Below are positions 26,320 through 40,600 of a DNA stretch of 64,000 nucleotides, one piece after another. The translations under genes and the position numbers were made by a program. The notes under the pieces are model-generated. The model was not told where the DNA came from and ran no database searches. It was given only the letters and a program-made list of their open reading frames with translations. This DNA comes from Laetmonice hystrix. Its lineage: Eukaryota. Numbering within the stretch: position 1 is the first letter of the stretch; the number at the start of each line of letters is the position of its first letter. The stretch spans positions 25,296,001 to 25,360,000 of the forward strand of contig OZ249441.1 in NCBI GenBank assembly GCA_965235115.1, read 5' to 3'.

Positions 26320-27187
26320 GCAAAACATGGGGACGGATCATGTCCCCCTGGGTCGGGGGGGGGGGGTGTGTGCAAAACATGGGGACGGATCATGTCCCCC
26401 TGGGTCGGGGTGTGTGTGCAAAACATGGGGACGGATCATGTCCCCCTGGGTGGGGGGGGGGGGGGGGGCGGGGTGCAAAACATGGGGACGGATCATGTCC
26501 CCCTGGGTGGGGGGGGGGGCGGGGTGCAAAACATGGGGACGGATCATGTCCCCCTGGGTGGGGGGGGGGGCGGGGTGCAAAACATGGGGACGGATCATGT
26601 CCCCCTGGGTCGGGGTGTGTGTGTGTGCAAAACATGGGGACGGATCATGTCCCCCTGTGTCGGGGGTGTGTGTGTGTGCAAAACATGGGGACGGATCATG
26701 TCCCCCTGGGTCGGGGGGGGGGTGCAAAACATGGGGACGGATCATGTCCCCCTGGGTGGGGGTGGGGGGTGCAAAACATGGGGACGGATCATGTCCCCCT
26801 GGGTCGGGGGGGGGGGTTGCAAAACATGGGGACGGATCATGTCCCCCTGGGTCGGGGGGGGGTGCAAAACATGGGGACGGATCATGTCCCCCTGGGTCGG
26901 GGGGTGGTGGAAAACATGGGGACGGATCATGTCCCCCTGGGTCGGGGGTGTGTGCAAAACATGGGGACGGATCATGTCCCCCTGGGTCGAGGGGGGGTGC
27001 AAAACATGGGGACGGATCATGTCCCCCTGGGTCGGGTGTGTGTGCAACACATGGGGACGGATCATGTCCCCCTGGGTCGGAGGGGGGGTGCAAAACATGG
27101 GGACGGATCATGTCCCCCTGGGTCGAGGGAGGGGGTGCAAAACATGGGGACGGATCATGTCCCCCTGGGTCGAGGGGGGGGGGGGGG
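26320..27187 (+). repeat. G-rich minisatellite: 18 copies of a 36-bp conserved hairpin core plus variable G/GT linker (period ~44-56 bp)
   Basis: I counted the core GCAAAACATGGGGACGGATCATGTCCCCCTGGGTCG 18 times. Each copy has a GGGGAC/GTCCCC 6-bp stem and a GGATCAT loop. Linkers are poly-G or (GT)n. Confidence 0.95.
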
Positions 27188-30100
27188 TCCAAGGTAAGGG
27201 ACACCTGATATATTATACTTCCCCATCATCCTTAAATCTTAAATCATTGCACAATATTTTCACAATAGTTTTGTAACTTATCTCCCCCGTCCGTGCCCCA
27301 CCCCCACCCACTCCACCCCGATCAGCCTGTGATATGGAATCCCGAATGTCATGTACATGTACAAACGATGCTGGCCGGGAGGACGGCGGTGTGACTGTGG
27401 TTCTCATCTCAACCGACCACAATTACTGGGTGTCCACACCGAGCCAGGGCAGATGTTGCGTGTTTCCGACTGTTGTTGTCTGAGAGCCGTGGTGTCGGCC
27501 CGTGTCGGCCTGCTGTAGGTAGGGTGAGGGTCACACCCATGTCGTGCGCTCAGTTTCTCATTAGATCCCAGCGTGTAACTCTAACAACGTCGTTCACACA
27601 GTCTCTGTCCTTTGAATGTTGATCAAACGACTTTTCCACAGATGGTATCTCTTATTCTGTATTTATTTGTTTGTTTGGGGTTGTCTCTACCTCCAACCCC
27701 AGTGATAATATTACTGGGTAATTATAGCATTGCCTTTATATACTGGTATTACATAATGTATGACCTCCGCAGTCTTCCAGTATCTTCTTCTTTCATGCCA
27801 GTCACGTTTGGTTTATGAGAAGGTTGTGTGTAAGACTCATTTGCAATGAGCAGGAACTAAAATATTTGTTTAATTGTGTTTGTTTTAAGAGAATTGGAAT
27901 ATCCTGGGACATTAACATCCCCGGATATAGTTTTTGTTATACCGTTATGAAGCTGAGATAGTATTTATTAACAAAGTTTAAGACCTATAACTGCCCACAC
28001 TTCCACCACTGTTTACAGATAAAAAATGGAAGAAAGATGAAGAAGAAAAAAAACCCTATGGTTTTGTGAAAGTGATTTATTGAGATAATGATCCATTTCT
28101 GTAATTTTCGGTCCGTTTTTCATCAGCGGATTTCGTGAAGTAAAGGCTCTACTTAACTATAATTAGGTTCTGATGACCGGCGATCACACGTCCTATCACT
28201 CATGGTGCAACATGTTGACATATGTTACATCCTCAATTCCACATGTAGGAGAGCCAGTCAGGAAATATATATGGTCTATATTACATAACCTTGCTGGCCC
28301 TAAACACCTAAAGACTTCCAATTGATATAATCAACCCTTTATTAACTGTCTTTTTCTCCCATTGATAAAAACGTATAAATCGGCCTCAGTATATTGCCAA
28401 GACACTATTTAATTATCAATTAGAGTATTATTTAACTACTTTAGCAGTTAAAGAGGCGAAAAGAGGCATTTAAGTGGGTGAGTGGGCAGTAATTGGGGGT
28501 GTTTTAGGTCAGGGCAAAGGTCATTTATACTGCCGTAGAATGTAATCATAACAAGTGACACAGCAGCCATAATGACCGACCGTATACCACAGAACTATGG
28601 ATGGCAGCGTATTATAGTTTGAATATGGAGACAGCACAATCACAATGGGTGCTGTAACAATCGTACTTTTGTCAGCAAATCTGTGATAGGGAGGAATGTC
28701 ATGTTGATAGTACATGTAGTTGTACCGGATTTTGATGAGTTCTTTTCCCCCTCAAGTGTAGAAATTTATTTTTAAAGTAGAAAAAGACGATATAGAAAAT
28801 TTCCGTCGGGGCAAAAGCAGTGTTCTATCGGTATCAATGTGGGGACGACCGCACTTTCTGGACGATGTTTCCATGTTGTGAGTATATGTAAATGTCTTTG
28901 AAATGCACCAAGATATGGTGGGAGTGGGAGGGTGTTGCGCCATACCCCCTTCTTCTGAAGACATCAAGATGCATTAGTATGGTTTTAAGTTAATTCTTGT
29001 CCCCACTTTGGCTAAAAATGCTTTTTTACTGCTATAATATTTGTTCCTATGGAACACCCTCTTTTGCATGCAATCCATGCATCATGACTGGCATTGCTTG
29101 CATGCAAGATTCTACGCACCTACAGTAAAGATTCGGTTTTATATTTTAGTGTCCTGTCTCAGAAAACAGTATATTTATCCAAAGGGAAACACTGCAATTC
29201 ATTGAGTCATTTTTAATATAAGGAGCAACCAACACAACGTTGATTAACTTAATTAGGATTTTGATATTAAAGGCCCCTATAGATTATGTGCATGTGGGTC
29301 CACCAGAAGTTGAGTGACGGTGAACTTCAGCTTAGTTTGTCGTTCCCTCACAGTTTCTGATAGTTTTTCTTAACCAACTTTACAATATAGTGCACGTAGT
29401 TCCATTGTATCTGCCGCTATATGGACTACTTAATGTAAGCATCTTATTTTTTTTTTAAATCAGGATGAAAAACATCAGAACAACAAAGGAGAAGATCTAT
29501 TATGTTGAGCATGAGCTACAGTTTAACGCTTTTATCTTAAGATCTTGTTCTTGATTTTCCCCGTGCGACTCTCGACCTCGAGCCTTATGTACATCAGTAT
29601 AAATAAATTATTTCCTTTACTTTTCAAATCTTTATTAATTTTTTTTTTAGTTTTGTACAGATGAAAGTTTATATTGGTTGCTTCATCCAAAATCTTCAGC
29701 TCCCCGCCATTTTTGAACTGCGTTCGTTTTGAGTGATGAAAAGTAGTGTTCACGGTTGATATAAGAATTTAAAAATGGAGGCATTTGCGATATAGATTTA
29801 ACTAAGGGCAGTAGCGATACGCCCTTCGACCCGTAACATTTTATATAGCAATATATTGTTTGGCATATAATAAGACAATAAGTGCTAGCATTATGAAAAT
29901 AATTCACACATGCCAAAAATACGTGTAAATCCATATATATATCCTACCGTCGCCAACAAGTGAAGCTTGAAATGAGTCCTCCGCCGCCAGGGAATATCCA
30001 TAAATTTTTCACTTCGCCGGGAGAAAACCGTCGCCCCAGGTCTCGTACCCTCGGGTTTAATACCCGTGCGGAGGGTAAAGTAGGCCGGTCAGTTGTTTTG

Positions 30101-33100
30101 GGGGTAATTATGGACCATCCGCCGAACCCCGCCACCACCAACTTCAAAGTGAGGGCTCGCAGGGATGGTTCGGCTGGACAAAACCTACCTCCGGCCACGA
30201 CATAGTCTAATGGCCCAATTTCCTACAAGCGTACCCATCAAGGCTGAGATAGCCACAATTATTCTATGCTTCCTTTTGCGTAGCCTGTCATATATTACTT
30301 GTAGGTAAGGCCGGCCGTTGGAGGCCTAATTGGCCGTAGACATGAAAAAGAGCCAGGTGCCGGAGAAGATGTGCCTTCTCTAGTCTCTAAGTGACAATGG
30401 AAAGTGCTTAGTTTTGACATCAAAATACCTAGCTTCATCTCTACACGGCCTTATGCGATGATAGTTTTTCTTCCAGATGTTTCACTTTAGTACTATACCT
30501 GGTGCCTTTGTTATGACGATAACTTATTGGATAGACATGAACTTTATTTTTTTTTATAAATATAGACATGGACTTTACTGCATGGAGTAACCGACGTACA
30601 CACGTTGTATGTAACATTTTTTATAGACTGCCATCGATAACTTCCGTGCGCACGCTGACAGCTTCAACAAGGGCGGTTCGGTCATATATCACATGGCAAT
30701 GTTATAGGATGGTCTGGGGTGCTAGCCGCATACGACATCGTATATGCTACACACTTTAACAGTCATGGGTCAGTACAGTTCGGCGAGCATGTCATGGGAC
30801 ATACTACTGTCAACAACAGAGAACGTATAAATAAATCAAGTCGAACTTTTGATTCATACACGGCGCCGGAGTAAGGATCCTAGCGTTAGGCAGGGAAGAA
30901 TGACTATTGTTACTCTGTTGACCTTGCGCGTTTATTGTATTTCCGTGCGCGTCTGACGACACTTGTCCGTTTCCTGCACGCTGGAGGCATTAATAAGCAC
31001 CGTTGTTTTGATGACATCGCACGTATAGTCTTTACAGTAGATGGTGATATACGCCTAATATATCAGTCCCAACAACTGATTGGTGTCTATACTGAATCAT
31101 TTAAAATGAAAGTTTTCTCCACTTCTTATGGAGAAAATACTTGGGCTAAATATACGTTTAGAGCTGTGCCCTGACCATTTTGAAATACATGTGCTCAACT
31201 GCTCCGATCAAGCGAATTTTGAGAATCTTAGACACCTCTCTCCGAGGAACAATAGAGCTGCCATGATATTACCGAGAGCGTCGGAAACCTTGTGGACCTG
31301 GCCCCCTAGTGGATACCTGAAGCACTAGTAAACGTCAATCACATCATGTGATGCCGTTAAACCACACCCCTCCAGTACCTGTAAATTAGAACAGATCAAT
31401 ACAGAATGCTGGGTCTATAGACAAGCCGGCTGTGTAATCGAATAGGATTGTCACATCATTAGTTTCAAAGTTTTTAGTTACGTACTGTTCTAGTCTCGTT
31501 TGCCGTGAACGTATATCTTTTGCTATAAATATTGTAAAACCTATATTAAAAAGACAAATAGACCATACACATTTTCCCTTAAAAAAATATAATTATATCT
31601 TATTGAACACTTCATTCGCGACTTATAGGAGGGGGGGGGGGTCCTGCACAACTGGAAAAACTTTCCGAAATTGGACAACATTTTCACGTCATATCTAGTT
31701 CCTCGATATATATTTTACGAGAAACGAGTGTTGTAACTCGGCTTATATCCGTCATGAAAGTGCAGAACTGGAAGAGTTTTATTTCTGGCCTTGAAGGAAT
31801 CTTAATGAACCCCCTTGTATAAATTTATATAAATAGACTCCCTATTGGTATAAATGGAAATATAGTGTCCAATTTGGTCCAATTTACTGGGTTCGATCAG
31901 TGATCAATGAGAGAGCCGGACGAGCTGGAGAGAATGAGGTCAGATGACGACGGTTTGCCGCTCAGTCAGCGGGAGGCGTTGGTTATCATACAGGCTCGCC
32001 ATTGTTTGCACCATCCAGGATGCGCCTGGCGAAAATCACCCCGCCGCCATCCACCAAACTTTTGTTTTTGATGTACGCTCAATGGAGAGTAATTTTTGCT
32101 CTTTTGTGCTCATCTAGGGCATATGTTCCAGTAACATTTATGGTCCAATCGCATGCAAGCTTTCATTACGTAGAGAAATTGTCGTTGATTATCTGCGCAG
32201 AATTGCTCCCATTCTCTGTCATTAAAAGGACGGTGCATTAGCAATGTCCATCTTAATTTGTGCGTCTTTCCCTATTTTAAAGTTTCGCATTAATCTTTTA
32301 TGCCTTTTAAAAGTACATGGAAAAAGGTGGAAAATTGGAGCACAAAGAGAAATAAATAGTTTAATGGTAGTGGGGTGCTTAACTTTGAAAGTTAGTCGAG
32401 CTGTCATGGAATCACTTTTCTGCTCGGATAGAAGCCACTGAAGAGAAGGACGATTCCAAAATGGATGTGCCGTGCAGAGCTAGCATCACAGCAGTAATGG
32501 GCGCAAGCTACAGTCCGCTAATAACGCTTTATGGCTGGAAATTTCTTGTGGACTTTTCCTTGATTGCAAAATGACTTGAGTGGATGTCTAAGCTAATACA
32601 GTGAATATAAACGAGGCTGCAAAAGCAGGGGAATACTGCAGAGGACCCGTTCAGTATCGCTCACACTTTGCGAGTTGATGGGTGTCGTTCCAGTAAGGGC
32701 CACTTAGAAGTCGGTATTTAGCAGAACCGCGTGCACTCTGTAACCAGTGCTTCTTTCTAAGTTCTCGTGAAAAAAGAACTAACAAGGCTCCCGACTATGT
32801 ATATGCCTAGGCCTATATCATTAGGAATAGAAAAATAATATGAAAGAAAAGTTAAAAAGCAGATAATCATTCTTAGAATATACATGTAAGAAGCCGTAGT
32901 AGACTTAGTCAATTAAAGAAGTCTCAACTTCATTATATTTTATAATGAACTATAGTGCAGTTCACTCTTTCCTTGTATAATCTTATTATTCTTCGACTTT
33001 TCTTAGAGTGCACGGCTATAGATAAGAATGGTATAGGCCTATATATTTTTAACGAGAAAATAAAGGTATATAATAGAAAGATCTAGAATCAGAAAAAAAT

Positions 33101-36100
33101 TGATCAATCCAAAGATTGAGATGAGCGACAAAGAGTAAAAGATTAGGCTCTTGTCAGGTCCTTGAGGAGGAAAAACATAGCTCTAATTAGCCCACTTCAT
33201 CAGTGGAAGAGCACCATGGTCTTGTGATGGCCAAGTGGCATGTAAAACAGCGTTTACGTTTTCACTCGGCCGAACCAGCTCAGCTCTGGTGGAGGCACGC
33301 AAGGAAGAGATGCGCTTTCCTCCTCGTCCTCCAACGTTAGCCAAAAATCCGACACAGCTACCGAACGGAGGGTTGGCACCTGAAGACTTGTAACTTCTTC
33401 ACTGAAGAAGTAGAAGGTTTTCACGAGGCAGCCTTTCTGGCCATGGTTGTGCGGTCCGGGTTATGGAGTTTCCGTTGGCGGCCGCTGTGACGGCGGGCAG
33501 GCGGCGGGACGGTCGGGACGAGGGTGCCGGTGGGGCCCCGGCCAAACTGCCGTTGCCGTCGCAGCCGGAGTGTGGCAACCAGACCCCATCACAACCACTG
33601 ACATGCAAGTCCCTCTACATGTCATGCACAAATTCTCTGTCAACACACCAAAAAGTTGCAAATATATGATATCAACTGCACAACATCACAGCATCAGTGG
33701 TGAATTATCATACCAGTTTGTGTGCCGAACGCCATCCAATTCGAATGTAGTTTTAATCCCGCATTGTTTAAGCACCCAAGGTGGCTTTTAGTTACCGATA
33801 TGTGCAGGCAGAGACAATTGAACATTTCGCCAATTTGGATGCAAAAGGATATCCAGCTTCCAAAAGCAACCTCGGGTTTCAAAGATAAGCACTTTTACGT
33901 CTCCGAACAAACATACGACCAGAACTCGCTCCTGGCCAAATGTGTATTGGATGGATGCAGTGTTTCGGAGTGCACGGATTAGGCCCAATCGATCTGACAA
34001 AGATGATTAAACCTGATCAAAGATGACGATATGTTAATAAGACTATAACTTCTCGCCAAAACAAACGGTTCTGCAGTTCATGTCGTCTGATCATTGACAT
34101 GGTGTAGAGCATGTGGGATCATTTCTCGCGACACTCTCCGCCCCAGGAAAATTAAATTCTTCGCCAGGTAAGCCAAAGTTGATTTCAGTCCTCAAACCGG
34201 CAAACCTACGTACCTATACAGTTAGTGATACATGTGTAGCTAATTAGCCTCATGCTTACTTGTTTTGGGAATATGTAGATATTATTTAAGAGCATTTAGT
34301 TTATTATGGTGTATAGATCGGTGAAATGCGGAATTAATTATTCAGTTATAGCGGGTTTAACTTTAATTACGTCATGCTCAGATTTGAATAATAGACTTTT
34401 TTCGATTAACAGATAGTGTATCTCATCACTTAAAGCACATGATAATCAGAAGTTACGGTACGCTGTGTTAAAATCAGTGCCAGTAATTTTGAGAGGTAAT
34501 AAATTGAAAACAGTACTGTGCCTTCCTAATGATTTAATGTGTTTGAAATGTGCCAGACTAATTCCACATTTCGTACTGGTGCCAGTACCGATCAAAACTA
34601 TTGATCACTCATTGCAGGAATTCCCATTTGTCGTCACTGAGTTTGACTCGTAAATACATTAATAGATATACAAGCAAGCTAGAGAAAACTTCACGAACAA
34701 ACTTACAATGACGTTCAGGAGCAGGTCGCAGTACATTCCTAAGGATTTCCGATAACATTTCTTTTTTGGGTTCTTGACCAAGAGGATCCCATTGTACTAA
34801 CTAAGAAATTGTAAGAGAGTCGATTATGAAACCGGTATCGGTGCATGGGTGGCGCGGCGGCCGGTGGTTGTGCGATACCCGGGGAGACTGCTGACTGACC
34901 AGCGGGGCGGGGTGGAGCTGCCGGAGCGGCGGCCCCTCACACGGCCATGTCTCCGCCCGCTGTCAGCGTGCGGTTCTCGGCATGACGACCCACTCCGGCC
35001 CGTGTTATCAGCTCTATCCCTTCCTTATCTGTCTAATCCGAGTACATGTCCTAATACCACTGCTCTTAGAACCAGGGTGTTTCACGGGTTTACACATTGT
35101 CTCTTTGACAGAATTGTCATGTCTGAAAGGGAGTACTTATACGGCCACAGTCCCTGTATACCATGTGTTTATTTCACAGCTTCACGAACAAAGCTTGCAT
35201 TGTGAATATATTTAACACAAACAATGTCTTTGTAATGTTTTTTTTTATGTCTTCTTTTCTTAACACCAAGGGAAAGCATTATTTTCGTAGTAAACAGACG
35301 ACTATTTGCTGTTAAAAAATGAAAGCTTTAGATGCACAGGGAAAACTGCAATTGTTCATAAATTAAGACGCATGCAGTCAAACAGAAAAGAATTATTAAC
35401 TTGACATGTAATTTACAGCATGCTTCTTTTCCACACCAGCTGAAACATTTACTCCAAGAGATATTCTTGTTAGTTTCTCCGAAAGCATATCAGGTGTAAG
35501 TTCTTTCAGCGGATAGTGTCGGTCTGCAGGCAAGCTTTGTGACTGATACCACGTCAGTGTGTCTTTTACAACAAAAAACCACTCGTGGAAAGACGCACTT
35601 CAAAGTCAGAATTGCAGGCAGTGTAAGTGGGTGTAATTGCTAGGACAGGAACTAAGGGCCTTTTACAAAGCGATGATTGCGGTGTAAGTTTCCTTTGCGT
35701 CGGCCCTGGAGCAAAAATAGCTGAGAGAAGCATGGCATTGGTGTCAGACTGTTGTAGGTGGAGCAGGCATGGGGGGGGTGGTGGTACTGATGGAGTACGT
35801 ATATAGGTAGATCTTGGGATGGGAGCAAGGCCCTGGGTTGGGAGCAGCCATGACTCATCCAGACAGGTGTCTTAATGCAGTGGCCATGCTTGTACATCTT
35901 CCTGGCAGAATTAGGCCTACCCATTAGGCGTCAATCAACCTCGTGAAAGAAATGGTCAGATTCCAAGAAAATACTAAAAACGTATGCAATGTATAATGTT
36001 GCTCCTTTTGCTTGGAAGCCTTAAGTTCCCCATAGTAGAAAGAAATTTTTGGGTATATATTTCGAAACCCATGCTGGTAAAGTACATCCGCAGTCGGTGT

Positions 36101-37225
36101 TGGCACAAAGTTCCTGATAGTGTAAAGGTTTATTCTTTAAACTTTCAAATACTTTTATCAGCAGTCGGTCGAATCGTTTAATGGAAGTTGACTTTGTTCA
36201 GATATCAAAAACTCTGGCTGAACAGGTGAGTGTGCTCTCTGGCACCAGGCCCGGCAGATTAGATCATGACAACGGCGACAGCGCACACAAGATGCAATTC
36301 TTCCTCCTAAGTCTCCAGCGCACTAATCAAACGTTTTCAAGCCATTCTAATTGATAGAAAATCTGGTCACGTAGCATGTTGATGAGGATCGGACAAAACG
36401 GGCATCTTGTTATGTTTGCGCTGTCTTCCTACAGTGACAGGCCGTGCTGGGAGTCTGTATGGGACACATGATACCAGCTTTGTTCTCTCTGACAACACCG
36501 CCTCGGCAGTCGCAGCCCTGTCTGCATTGTCTTAGAGCCACACACACAGCCAGCTCTTGCAGGTTGAGATGTTGCCAAATGCCTTGCTCTTTGTCAAATT
36601 ACCCTTTGTTTTAAAAGAATGGCTTGTTTGCATGTAAATCTGACATTTCTATCGAAGTGCCGAGTATTCTGAGATAGAAGTCAGTCGGGCCGGGGGTCAC
36701 TGCTGGGAAGGCCGACCTGTTTGATGTAATGAGGCGAAACTGGGGTCGCATCTATCCAACATGGTGAGATGGATAAATAACGCCGTAATTAAACTTAAAC
36801 TTGGCCTGCAACGCAATTGTCCCATTTACTTTATTTTCAGCTTGATGGGCTCCATTCACGTACAGTCCCTTCAGAACTAAAATGCCGCGGATTTTTAAAT
36901 AGCGAGCCTTCTTTCCCCCTTATTCTGTCTGTCTTTGAGATGATTCTAGGGGCCTGGTTTTAAATTGCATTCTGAATTCACCATTAATATCGCTATAGGG
37001 GAGTAGGTTCTGTTATTTCATTGTCTGATCCGAATAAGACATTGATTGCGACCTTCTGGTTAAAGGCCCTTGGATGTGCATGTCATGATATGGGTAACAG
37101 AAGCATTACACCTAATACTGAACACTTCTCAGTCAGTCAGGTTAGAACTATTGTTTTTGAGTTCGCCATCATTAGAGGGTCATTCACGCCAGGTCTGGAG
37201 GACGTGTGTGCATAAGTTTAAATCT

Positions 37226-37331
37226 GATATCTATAGATATCATTATATAGATATATAGATATCACATTTTTTAACACCAAAAGCCATGGGATTTTATATA
37301 ATCCCATGGCTTTTGGTATAAAAAATGTAAT
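37226..37331. repeat. Palindrome plus long hairpin immediately left of the Kolobok-type MITE
   Basis: 16-bp perfect palindrome GATATCTATAGATATC (37226-37241). Perfect 18-bp stem ACCAAAAGCCATGGGATT (37276-37293) / AATCCCATGGCTTTTGGT (37300-37317) with a 6-nt loop, extending imperfectly to 37261/37331. Confidence 0.88.
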
Positions 37332-37343
37332 CTTTCCAATTAA

Positions 37344-37622
37344 AGTGGCACCGCAACTTACCTTTGAATCCCAGGGACACCTTGCTAAAATTTCAGGTTC
37401 GAGCGATAAGCGAAAGTATTTTTAAAATGGAGTTATGTTAGGGTCCTGTGTTACCGTTCGACCCGTCCGCTATTTTCTGCAATCGGAGTGGAAGCCATGA
37501 GGACAGTGGAGACATGTTGTTTTCATGTCATTTTCAAAATACTTTCGCTTATCGCTCGAACCTGAAATTTTAACATGGTGTCACTGCAGGTCAGAGGTAT
37601 TTGAGGAATTTGGGGTGCCACT
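37344..37622. mobile_element. Non-autonomous Kolobok-type MITE (279 bp)
   Basis: TTAA flanks both sides (37340-37343, 37623-37626). The termini AGTGGCACC...GGTGCCACT begin with two purines, which fits Kolobok, whereas piggyBac termini begin with pyrimidines. There is an internal perfect 35-bp inverted repeat AAAATTTCAGGTTCGAGCGATAAGCGAAAGTATTT and its complement at ~37538-37572. Confidence 0.82.
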
Positions 37623-40600
37623 TTAAAAGATTAGTAAACATAAGAACATGATTATCGTCATTCTGGTCCAGTCCATGGAGTTATTTTACTCAACTAATAG
37701 TGTCATGTCCTCTATAATAAACATATTTGTAGAAGCTCTAATTCAGTAAAGAGGCCAAATGTATGTACACGAGGACCATGTTTTCACGACACATATCATG
37801 CCACCGACATACATGCCCTTTAGTATTAACGTCAGGATCGACTCCCGCCCCGCCGGGGTCGGGAAGGTTGCCAGCAGTCGGTCTTCGTGGGCGTTGCTTT
37901 CCCTGCATCTAAAACGTGATCCTAAAGACGTACAAATAAAATATTTTCATACCAAAATGATTGCATATAGGAAGATTACCCGGCGTTCTTCCAGGTATTA
38001 TTTTATACGTTATAAAATGCCAGGCTGGCGTTGGGCGCCTGATATACTAACTACGACATCACGCCTGTGGAGATTTCATCTTTACATTCGTCGAAACATC
38101 TGCATAACTTTCGTACGACTGCTAGACTGACATTTAAAGGCACCCTAACAATGTGGAGATGTTCCCTATAATAATGTATGTCAAGTGAGTTGGCCTATTT
38201 ACAAACCTGACAATTACATGATTGTGTGCATAGAGTTTGGCATTAGCTCTAAAGCCCCTACGTTCGACTTGGCTTTAGAATAGAAGGGGAGGGGGGACTT
38301 TATATTCCTTGCTGTAATAAATTGTTTATATACTTATATCATGAAGGAGATAAAATAATCATTTTACCCAGGTAGAGATTTGTAAATGAAAGGCCTGAAA
38401 TGATTCAATAGCATTTCTGAGGAACGTGAGATTATTTAACCGAATACAATGGGAATCGCTGGACGAGGATACCGGTGGCACCCCTAGTGACTAAATACTG
38501 AACCACTCATGATTAACCACGTATTACGTATCTGGTACCATTGGAGTCTCAGTGCATATAATTACCACAAAATTTGAATTAATAATTTGAACAAATTGTC
38601 ACTAGAACTGTGAGGTGTTAAGTTGTATATAGTTTCAAGGGCAGGAATGATTTCCATTCACAAGTTTCTCATGTTGGAACAACTAAAGGTAAAAGAAACT
38701 GAATATGGTCGAATTACATCTCACTTAATGAGGGCAATTCTGTCAGACATAATGCTCCGTGAAAAGACGCTTAGGTCGGTTTTGGAGATGATTGTACCAG
38801 TGTCACGTTACCAACCGCAGTTGCGAGTTCAAAAATCAAATCAGTATTTGATCTAGAACCGAGAGAAAGACACGTATGGCACAGTGACTTTTTCCTTGAG
38901 GAGGCGTAACCGTGTCTCAAATTGTGATAAATTAAATACCTCCATTGACTAATCGGCTCCCCTCTCTAATTAATGAAAGTCTTAGCTCAACTTGGTGGTG
39001 TGACACAGTCTTTGCACTGTGTTCATTTGTTGTTTCTCTTCGCATGTAGTCTCAGCCGTAATTACTGGAAAAACACAATTGGCAACCTTAATTAGGGAGG
39101 TTTTTCTCGCCGCCATGCCCCTTAAGTGGTTTAGAGTTCAGTTACTCTCAAGTCATTTGTAGAAATAAGATTTTTATTCTGAAGATCGCATCTTAACAAA
39201 TCCTACTTGCTCACCCACATACAAGCCGTTCCCTTCTTCCTTGCCTCCCTCCCCGGTCCCGTAAACTATATAACTATATAATCGTGAACTTACGGGTTCT
39301 ATCCAACTCTGAATATCAATAGTTGTTCATTGTTCAGAAGCCATATTATCCTAGGTTTCAATGTATTTTCTATCCGGACAAGGAGGAACAATGACGGGTA
39401 TTTGGGGAAGCCCTGTCCAGCCCAAAGGTTAGAAGGTCACCAAAAGGTCTTTGAGTGCACGAGCGACATTGACGGAGTAATAATGGCAGAAGCACCGTAC
39501 CCACGGCCCCATCATGGTGGCCACGGTCACCTCCAATGTCTCTGTGCTACCCACACCCAGCCGTCAAACCTACTGACAGACATACATTATTAATACCCAA
39601 AATGCATGCTGGAGTCAGGCATTCCGTAATGTTATAATGACGCACGCCCCGTGCGTGGTATTCATACGCCGTGATAGTAGCATGTGGCAAGCATGATTTG
39701 TTCTCCATAAGATTGACATGTGCCAATTGTCATCCCTCCTGGGTTATAATGGTTCCATACATCCCTAGAGTGGGTAGGTAACAATGGACGCTTCAGGTGT
39801 GGAGACAATAGCCACCCCGTATGGGTCCATTGGAAGCACCTCCAATGGGGAGCCATATACTAGCTTGGACCGGAAAACAACCCGATAGGAGGGCCACACC
39901 TGTACCCTCAAACCCCGCACCTTTATCCAGGGGTAACTACACCTGAGATAATTATCAGTCGTCATCAGCACACGCCAAGTGTGACATCTGGTGAGAACTG
40001 TAACCACTGCAGTGTCAGTCCCAGGTACAACTGACATATGACATATTATACAGCAGTAGTTCGCATTCAAACGAATGGCTGCACAAATGACATTGATTCT
40101 AGCTGAAATAATTGTTGACTTGAGATCCAAGAAAACATCATAAATTCAGTATGTACACACGTATTTTGATTCTTTCTTCACCTAGTGATCCTGTTGTAAA
40201 TTAATGTTGTGCAATCATTTGATCCCGATGAACTTGACGGTGATTAGTTCTCTCTGCCCCATGGGACCGGGGAAGTTCAGTAGTAGGCTCCTGCTCGTAA
40301 CCACATACAGTATGTTCGAATAGCCAGGATAGGTAGAACCCTCAGAAACAGGTACTGGCGTCCAAGGGGCACGATCGGGTATTCTATTTGAAGAAGTATA
40401 CCTCAAATGCTATATTCATGGAGCTATCGGCAACATTTTACCGCACTGTGATCGACGTATTGGAACCTAAATAGAGGACCTCCGAGTATAGTTACAAACG
40501 GACAATTGTGATCATATCATGGCCTCTGTGATCGGTTTGAAGTAGTTGCCATTGATAACGCAACCTGAGAGATTACACAGGCAAATTCAGTCGTAAAAAA

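Noticed and set aside
26320-27187. CRISPR array
   Set aside because: The 36-bp palindromic core superficially resembles a CRISPR repeat, but the spacers are short low-complexity G/GT runs. There are no cas genes and the context is eukaryotic.
26163-27276. 288-344-aa ORFs in four frames
   Set aside because: They are translations of the minisatellite, whose unit lacks stop codons. The repeats shift frame with linker length.
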